Shown piece after piece: positions 34,919-43,900 of a DNA stretch of 61,643 nucleotides; within the stretch, counting starts at the first letter, position 1; every line of letters starts with the position of its first letter. Below the pieces are notes generated by a model that saw only the letters and a list, made by a program, of their open reading frames with translations, searched no databases and had not been told where the DNA came from. The DNA comes from a virus. The stretch lies in IMG/VR virus record IMGVR_UViG_3300034691_000060, positions 1-61,643 of that record; one strand, given 5' to 3'. The translations under genes were made by a program, and so were the position numbers.

Positions 34919-37900
34919 ATGCCAATTTACGAGCCAGACCTGTCGCGCGTCGTCTCTCCGTCCAACGAGCTGGAGCAGGGATTCACCAAAGACATCCCGG
35001 CGAACGAACTGCTGAAAGACCGGCGCGTCCTGCAACAGATGCGGGACTACTACAACGAGACCGGCGAGTCGTTCTCCAATGACGAAGAGATGATCTCCGA
35101 GTACATGTCCGACATGCGCTGGCGCTCTGCCAATACGGTCGGCGCGGCGATGGATCTCAACACCACCGAAAACCTCACCCCCAAGGGCAAGGAGGCGTAC
35201 GCCAACCTGCTGGATGTCTTCCAGCGGGTGCCGAGCTTTTCCGATGAAGGCGGCGGCGTGCTCGGCTGGCTCACCACCTATGGCGCGGCCGGCATCCTGG
35301 ACCCCATCAACCTCGTGGGCGGGGCTGTCGGCAAGAGCGTCGGGATCGCCGGGACCAAGGCGGCGACGATTGCCGGGCAAAGCGCGCTGCGCGAGGGCAT
35401 CAAGGCGGGCGTGAAGCATGGCGCCATCCAAGAGGCGGCGGCCAATGCGGCAGCCTCCGGAGTCATCAGCGGACTGGAGCAGGAGCGCGACATCGGCCTG
35501 GGGCGCCGGGACGAGTTCTCGAAGATGGAGCTTCTTGGCGATACCGCCCTGGGCGGTGCAATCGGCGGCGTCCTGGGAGGCGGCATCGGCGGCGCGGTCG
35601 GGGCAGTGCAGGCACCGAAGCGCATCCTGGCTGAGCAGGCCCGGCAGATGGGCGAGCTGGGGCTGCCCGACGCGGCTTCGGCTCCCGGGCTGGGCGAATC
35701 GATTGGCATCGGCGCCAGGGGACTCGGGCGCGAGGCGTGGGATACCGTTGCCCGCCCGTTCGGCAAGGCCCCGAGCGAGCTGAGCCCCGAGGGGAGTGCC
35801 GGGCGGTTCGACGAATTGGCGCGCGGGCAGGCCGACCAAATCTCCGTCGCCCGGCAGGCCGAAACCGACCGGTTGGCGGCCGAAGCGGCGGCGGCGATTC
35901 CGGAAGTCGAGACTCCCCCGGTAACGCGCAACTTCGCTGCCGAGCTGGCGGCCGAGCGGAAGCATCTGGAAGACCTCCGCAAGTCGAAAGTCGACAAGGA
36001 CACCCTGGCATTCCAGCAATCTCGGGTGGACGACATCGGCGCGCGGATGCAGATCCAGCACGAAATCGACTCCGTTACGAAAGCCAAGGCGTCGATGGAA
36101 GACGGCGGGAAGGCCGACCCGGCCACGCTGTCGACCTTCACGTCCCGCCTGGAAACGCTGCAAGACGCGGCGACCCGCATCGACAACGACCCGACAACCA
36201 ACGGGCTCGAGGAACTTCGCAAGCTGCGAGGGATTCAGGCTGCGCAGGCGAAGCAAGAAGTCAACGTCGACCCCCAGGCGAAGAAAGAGGGCAACGCCGA
36301 TGCGAACGGGGAGCAGAAATCCGCTGACCAAAAGTCCCCTGAAGACACCCAAGTCGCGGGTGACCAATCCACTCAACCGAAGACAATTCCCGAAGGAACA
36401 ACGATTCCGGGGGTCACGTCCGCACAAGCCCAGCCCGAGACGCAAGGGGTAGTCCAACCGCCACCTCCGCCCCCGGCCGACCGCACTGCCGAGCTTCCGG
36501 ATCTGGCGCGGCAGTTCTACGACGTTTTCGCCGCAGATAACCCGGGGTTTGCCGATTACTTTTCAGGGAAAGTTGCTGCCGGACTCGACCCGAAAACCGT
36601 CGAACCGAAAACGCTTTTTCAGATTCACGCCGAGTTGGTGAAAGGACCCGCCACCCCTAAGCCGGACCCCGTCATCAAAGCCCAAGCGGCGGAGCGGGCG
36701 AAGACCGAGCGGCTGGCCACGGCGCCGCCCCCGGTTGCCGACCCGCGGGTGCTCGACGAGATCGAGAAGGGCCGCTACATCGGCAATGCCAGCGGGGAGA
36801 AGACCAAGGCGAAGCTTCAGGAGAACGCCCACCTGTTGACGGCCGAGGATGTCCAGGCAACGCGTAACGCCAAGGGTCTGACGGTCGGCGAGCTGGTCGA
36901 CAAGAAGGTGACCGAGCGCCGGCGACAACAAGTCGTCAATGCGAAGGAGGCGGAGAAGCAGGAGAAGGTCCGCGCCCAGCAAATCGAGGCAGAGCTGCGC
37001 GCCCAGCAAGCGTCGGCCGGAGAGAAAGCCGCCGCCGCCGAGAAGACAGTCAAGGTCGCAGAGCAAGCGTTCACGCCGATGACGCCCGAGGAAGCCAGCG
37101 CCAAGGCGATGGACTTTCTCAACACGACGATGTTCGCCGACTTGCTTAAGGGCATCGAGTCCACCGACCTCGGGCGCGAGGCGCTCGCCGCCGCGGTGGC
37201 CGTCTACCGCAACATCGGGCGCACATCCGCCGGCGTCATGGACCGCATGCTGTCCAAGATCGGCGCCGATGTGGCGGACCTCTACCGGGGCAAGCTCGAC
37301 AAGATCGAGAACCTGGTCGCCGACACGATGCGCGATGTCTATGTCGGCGCCGGGGACGATCCGCGGGTAGCCGAGCTGAAGGCGCTGGTTTACACCTTCG
37401 GGCTGAAGGCGAAGGAGGCGGCACCGCCCAAGGGTGCCACGCCGAAGGAGGCATTCCCCTACCTTGGCGGCTCGTTCGGGTCGGAGATGGAAGCCCAGGC
37501 CCACGCCACGATTCAGGCCAACAAACAGGTCATCGTCGGCTACCGAACCGCGACGGTGCCGGACCGTAACGTGGTGACCGGCGCCATCACGATGCGTCGG
37601 ATGAAAGTCCCGATCTACCAGAAGCAGGGATTCTCGGATCCCGTCCCGTGGGTGTTCTCCGGAGCGGCCGAGGAGATCGACCAGGTCGGCCGGGTGGATC
37701 TGCGCAGCGGCAAGCAACGCAAGGCGCCGAAGCGGGCGGTCCCATTTACGTCCGGCCAACGCGTTTGGTACGACCCGATCACCCGCCGCTCTTACGGCAC
37801 CATGGAGGAGCTGTTGCAGGTCCGCGACGGCAAGGGCTTCACCAGCGCCCCGGTCGCCCGCGAGGACCTGACGCCCGACCGGCAGCCCAGCGAGGCGGAG

Positions 37901-40900
37901 CAGGCTCGAGCCCAAGCGGTTATAGAGCAGAAGGCGCAGGCGGCACAGGAGCGCGTCGACGCGGCACAGGATGCCGTGACCCAAGCAGCCGACTTCCGCG
38001 ACCGTACCCCGCCGGACAGCGAGAACCTGCCAATGGCGGAGGAAGCGCTGGCCGGTGCCGAGCTGGACCTTCAGGCGGCACAGAAGACGCTGGATAGGCT
38101 CCTCGGAAAGGCGGCGCCGACACCGATCGACCGGAAGGAATTCATCCGGCTGGCCCGCACGTCCGGCGTCGATACGGCAACCGATCGGCTCCACGCCCAG
38201 ATGCTGGAACGCGAGCTGAAGCCAGCTCCAGAGGCGCCCAAGCGCGGGATCGACCGCGAGGTACGCGCCCGCAAGGTGGCGGAGATGCCGACCGAGGTTC
38301 CGACCGGGCGCCGCGGGGCCCTGTTTCCCAAGGACGGCAACATCCATGGCGTGCGGATTCTGCGCGACAAGCAGGTGGCGGAGGGAAAGACCGTCCGCGA
38401 CTTGCTGGGGGAGGAAGGCAACCCGGAAGACTTCATCGTCGGGCATGTGCCGGAGACCCTGGCCGCCGACAAGAAGAACGCCGCCGCCTACTTCGAGCCG
38501 TTCGAGTCGAAGGCCACGACCGAGGCGCCGAAGCCCAAGGGGATGAGTCGGGATTCGGCCACGATGATGCTGTTACGCGACAGCGATATTGCCGAACTGA
38601 GATCCGCCGGGTGGGCTGTCGACCCGAGCCGCACCGTCGAGTGGCTGAACCACGTTCTTGCCTTCGAGGATGCCGAAAAGTCCTGGGGATTGATTCCGAA
38701 CAAGGACACCTTCGGGGAGCATGTCGATAAGCTGCGCGCCGGGTATCGGGTGTTGTCCGAGCTGGCGCCCGGCGGGATTCTGCGCGATGTCGCGACGCGC
38801 GAAGAGGCGATTGCCGAGGTTCGGCGGATGTTCGCCAAGCAGCCGCCTGCCATCCTGGCCGAAGCCGAGCGTTTTCTGGCACGGCTGGCTGGCGATGCGT
38901 CTCCCATTCTCTCCCGCGATCCGTTGAGCCCGCCGCGTGAGGGGAAAGTCGTTCTCGGGCAGTTCCGGAAAGACCTCGACACGGCGGAAGCCAACCGCGT
39001 CTACGTCAACACGGAAACGGATGTCGCCCATCCTGTGATGGGCACGACCGCGGCGCTGCAAACGCTGTGGCACGAGGTTGCTCACTGGGCCTACATCAAC
39101 ATCCTCACCCCCGAGGACCGGCTGACCTTCTGGGAGGGGGTCGGCGAGCAGATGTACGACAAGAAAACCGGCCAGATTTCAGAGGCGGCGTTCGACCGTC
39201 TGTTAGGCCCGCGGCATAACGAAAAAGCGACCGGCGGAAACCTGACGGGGAACGGTCGCTCCGTCGTCAACGAGCTTTTCGCAGAGCAATTCGTCACCTG
39301 GATGGGCCGGGAAAGCGAAACGGTGGGAGATCCGGCGTTCTGGGGCCGCATGACCCAGATCCTCAAGGCGGTGTTCGACTGGTTCCACGGCAAGAACCCG
39401 GTCGCCCCCGAATTCGAGGCGCTGTTCTCCAAGATCGTGCCCAACGAAGAGGAGCGGATGCGGCTGGCGGCTGGCGGCGGCATGCGACTGGCCGATCTGT
39501 CCGACATCGGGCGCCATGTGCGCAGTCGAGGGCTTCAGCTCGACGATCTCGAAAACGACTTCTTCCCCGCCTGGCTGGACAGCGACCCGGCGGCCATGGT
39601 TTACCAGTCCAAAGAAGTACTGCGCCACATTGCTTCGCTGGTGCCCAGTTTCCACGGTAAGGAGAAGGCAAAGGGCAGCTTTGGGCCGCTGGCCGGGATG
39701 CGTAACGAGCTAATAGAGGCGCGCAAGGCGTTGCTCGTGGCCTTCCGGGATTCCGGCATCGAGGTCAACGAGGAAAAGCTCTCCGTCGCCGCATCCCTGG
39801 ACCGGTCCGACCCGTTCCTGACCGAGCTGACCGAGCTATTCGCGACCGGGAAAGCCGACGCCGACACGCTGGACGCCCTGTTCGAGATCCGGGCCATTCC
39901 CAAGCAGATGGAGCGGCGCATCCGGCAGGCGATGTCGGACCCACAGGCCCGCGCCAAGGTGTTGGACGATGTCGCGGCCTACGTGGAAGAGTCCCCTGTG
40001 GTTGGCGATGCGGCGGCGGACGCAGCCTTCGTGCACGAGCAACTGGGCGAAGACGGGGTCATGCGGATTGCCGACCCGCGCTATGCCGACAAGGCGCTGC
40101 GGGACCTCTTCGAGACCATGAGCCTGCCAGACCTGTTCGGCACCATGCGGGCACTTTACCGGCAGGCGTTGATCGATACCGACGGGATCGGCACGCTCAA
40201 CATGGCGGAGATCCCCGAGTCGATCCGCCAGGCCAAGACGCTGACCCCCGAGATGCTGAAGAAGCACCGCGAGCAGTTCCGGTCGCCGCCGGCGGCCATG
40301 CGTCGTTACGAGTCGCGGCTGCTGTCGTTGGGCATCGAGCCTCCGCCGCGCCGGGTGGGCGAGCCCGGGGCCAAAGCCGTCGGGCAGGAGCGGACGGACG
40401 CTACCAAGGCACGCAAAGCGCAGGCGGCAGCGGCGATCAGCCGGAGGAAGCTGACCAAGCTCGATCAAGACGGGTTGCTCGACCTGTGGCGCAAGACCGA
40501 CAGCGATGCGGACAAGCGACAGATCGCGTCCGTCCTGACCGAGAAACTCAACGCCGAAATCCCAGCGTCCGAGGCGGAAATCTACGGGCGGCAGAGCGGC
40601 CGGCGCCCCTACACCGGACTGCGCTCTCCCGAGTTGCACGCCAAAGCCATCGAGTTGTTGGATTCAGGAGACGCCGACGGGGCGCGACAGGTCGCCATGG
40701 AGATGCGGCTTCGGCAGATGAAGAAGTCCGGCGACAGTGCCGGGCTGTCGATGCTGACCTTCCGCGAAACGGCCATGCGCGACGGGATCGAGGACAGCGT
40801 CAGCGTGCCGGCGAAGGCGCCGTTGCTGATGAAGCCCCTGCTGAAGGCCATGCAGCACCGCGACCCGGCGATTGCCCGAACCCAGCGCACCCTGGCCTTC

Positions 40901-43900
40901 CGTCTGCTGTCGCTGGCCGGCGACCACCAGCTGCTGACCAACGCCCATGTGGCGGAGCTGTTGGGCTGGGACCCGCCGGAGACCGTCTCCCCGATCTCGG
41001 TGTCGGACGATGCCTACAAGGAACTCAGAAAATCGGCACGGCATCTGGCCGTGGCCACACAGCGCGGGGCGGCCGACCCGGAGGAGACCGTGGGGCAGCT
41101 GGCGAAGTTGCTGGTCCGCTCCGGCGCCCTGTCCGACCGACGCGCAGACGTCCAAAGCCTGTTCGACCGCTGGGTCGACAGCGAGGCCGGGCGCGGTGCC
41201 GCCCTGGATACCTACGACGGAATCCTCACCGATACCCCCGAGTCCTGGCTGGCGTCGCTGTGGACCAAGACGGCGTCCAACACGCCCTCGCCGCAGCCGG
41301 ACTGGGTCCTGGACATGCCCGTGGCGCCGGAGGTCTTCTCCCGCCTGACTTCGGTCGGCGCGTTCGATTCGACGGCGTACATCACCCCGCGCGTCCTGGC
41401 GGAAAAGGCGATGAGCCTGGAGCTGGCGGCGTGGAAAGCGCTTGGCGACAAGGCCGGATTCGACCGGGTCATGGCGGAGCGGGCCGCGGTCTACGACGCC
41501 CTGGAAACCGCCCTTCCGACCGGGGTCAAGATGCCCACGGTCAGCGCCAAGCAGACGCTGGCCCAAGCCAAGGCGATCTTCTCGAAGCACGACCCGGAAG
41601 TGCTCGATGCGGCGATTTCGCTGCTGTCGGGGACGGGGTTCCGCGGCGGCGAGGGGTTCCGGCTGCGCGAGGCCGACCTGAGTGGCGAGGGCGCGCGGGG
41701 AATCACGACGCTCGGCTTCCGCGGGACGGAGTCGAACGCGGTCGTCTTGTCGAATCGTTACGGAAGCATGGCGACCGGGGAGAAAAACCCGCAGTCCGGC
41801 GCGGATCGGCTCAGCACCCTGATTCACGAGGTCGGGCACTGGGCCTACTTCAACATCCTCGGGCGCGACGAGCGCGACGCGTTTTGGAAGTGGGTCGAGA
41901 CCGCCAACTTCAAGCGGGGGCCCGACGGCGGGTTCGTCCGGGAGGCGCCGCTGCTCCACACGAACCCCTCTGCCGACCCGTCGTTCGGCGGGGTGCGCTC
42001 GAATGCGGCCGAATCCCCGCAGGAAATGTTTGCCGAGCTGTTCAACGCCTGGGCGCAGTCGCGCGGGGACTCCCCCGTGGCTCAGCCGTCGTGGTGGGAC
42101 ACCTTCTCGGCCGATGTCCGGGACGTTCTGGAGTGGCACACCAATCCGATGTCGGTGCCGGACGAATTGACCCAGGTCATGTCGCGCATTCTCCCGGTCG
42201 GCGACTCGGGCATCGCGCTGCCGGTCGGGACCGCGGCGAAACTCCACGGGCTGTCGGTCAATGCCGCCTTCCCCCGGGAGCTGTTCGGGGCCGATCTCGC
42301 TGCCAAGGGGCGCGCCGTGCTGCAGGACATGACCGATGCCGCCGCCTATGTGCTCAACGGGCAGGTGGCCGACGGGGCGCTCAAGGACCGCTATCTGCGC
42401 CTGTTCTTGTACGGCGACTTGTTCGACAACACCGACAAGGCGCTGTCCCTGGATGCCCGCGTGCGCCCGGGGCGCGAGGCCGACTACGAAGCCAAGCTGC
42501 TCACGGCCATGAGCCAGACCGAGCGCGAGTCGCTGCGCCAGTGGACCCGCGGCGGGGCCGGCGAGTACCCCGACGGGTCGCCAAAGGTGCACTACCTGAC
42601 GCCCGACGGAGAGATCGTTCGGCGCACGCCGGGGGCCAAGCGCACGCCGGGGCAGCTGACGAGCCCGCGTGCCGTGGCTCTGGCGGAGCGGCGTAACGAC
42701 TTGCTGGATGCCGCAGACCAGTCGGACTTCCGGGCGGAAAACCTGCGTAACGTCTTCCGCACCAACGGCGGAGACACGCACCTGACCATGGCGCGAGAGG
42801 CAGAGGCCCGGGCCCGGCGACTGGAAGACCAGGCCAACGCCATCGAGGACCGCCTGACCGAGATGGGTGAGCCGCTGTTCTCCCCGGTCGAAGCCGTCTC
42901 CATCCGCGCCGACGATCCGCTCGACCTGAGCGATTCCGCCTGGATGGATGTCCAGTCGTCCCAGTTCGAGGACGTTGTCTCCTCCGTTGCCGCGCGGGCG
43001 GCGCAACGCTATGGCGGGGTCGACATCGAAGACGCGCTCCGCATCTACGCCAGCGCCGAATCGGTCGGCGGCACCACGGTGCGCGGCGACGTCTTCTACC
43101 AGTCGCTGCTCGATGCCGTTGCCCACTCGGTGGAGACCGACCAAGGCACCGCCAAGGCATTGGTCGATGCGTCCATGTTCGACCTCGGTCACGACGTCGT
43201 GCTGCATGCCGGCGGCCAGGTGGTGCTGCGCGATCCCAGCGTCCAGGCGCGCTCGATCAAGGGGCTGTTGGAGAACCCCGAGCCGAAGGAATCGCTGACC
43301 CCCAGCCCCGTGGCGGGCCGCACGGTCGGGTCCGTGATCCAGGCCATGGCACTGAGCGACGATGCGGCCACCCCCAAGCATGCGCTGCGCACGGCATTCG
43401 GCAGCCTGCCCCCGGCGGACCGCGAGATCGGCGACCTGTTCTCCGAAATCTCCGAAGGCGGGGTGCCCTCCGAGGCCGGGCTGACGAAGCTCCGGGAGGC
43501 CTCCCGCTCGACCCGCACCTTCGGCACCAATGCCAAGCGGATGCACCAATACGGGATGCGGTATCTCGGCAAGTACACCGAGGATTACTCCCCAGCGGTG
43601 AACCAACAGTTCGGACAGTGGTGGGCGCCGCTCGTGGACGCGTTACGCGCCGTCGAACCGGAGTCGAGCGCACTCGGACGGGCCGCCAGGAACTACGGCA
43701 AGAACCTGCTGGCGCCCTTCTCCAAGGCGGAGCAACCGGAGGCCCACGCCAAGGTCATGCGGGTGCTGCGCTACGCCCCCGGGACCACGCACTTCGACCG
43801 GCTGTGGGCGGGGCTCAAGCCCAAGGAACGCGATCTGTACAAGACGGTGCGGCAGACCTTCGGCTCCGCGCTCGACCGGCTTAAGCAAGCAGGCGTGGTC

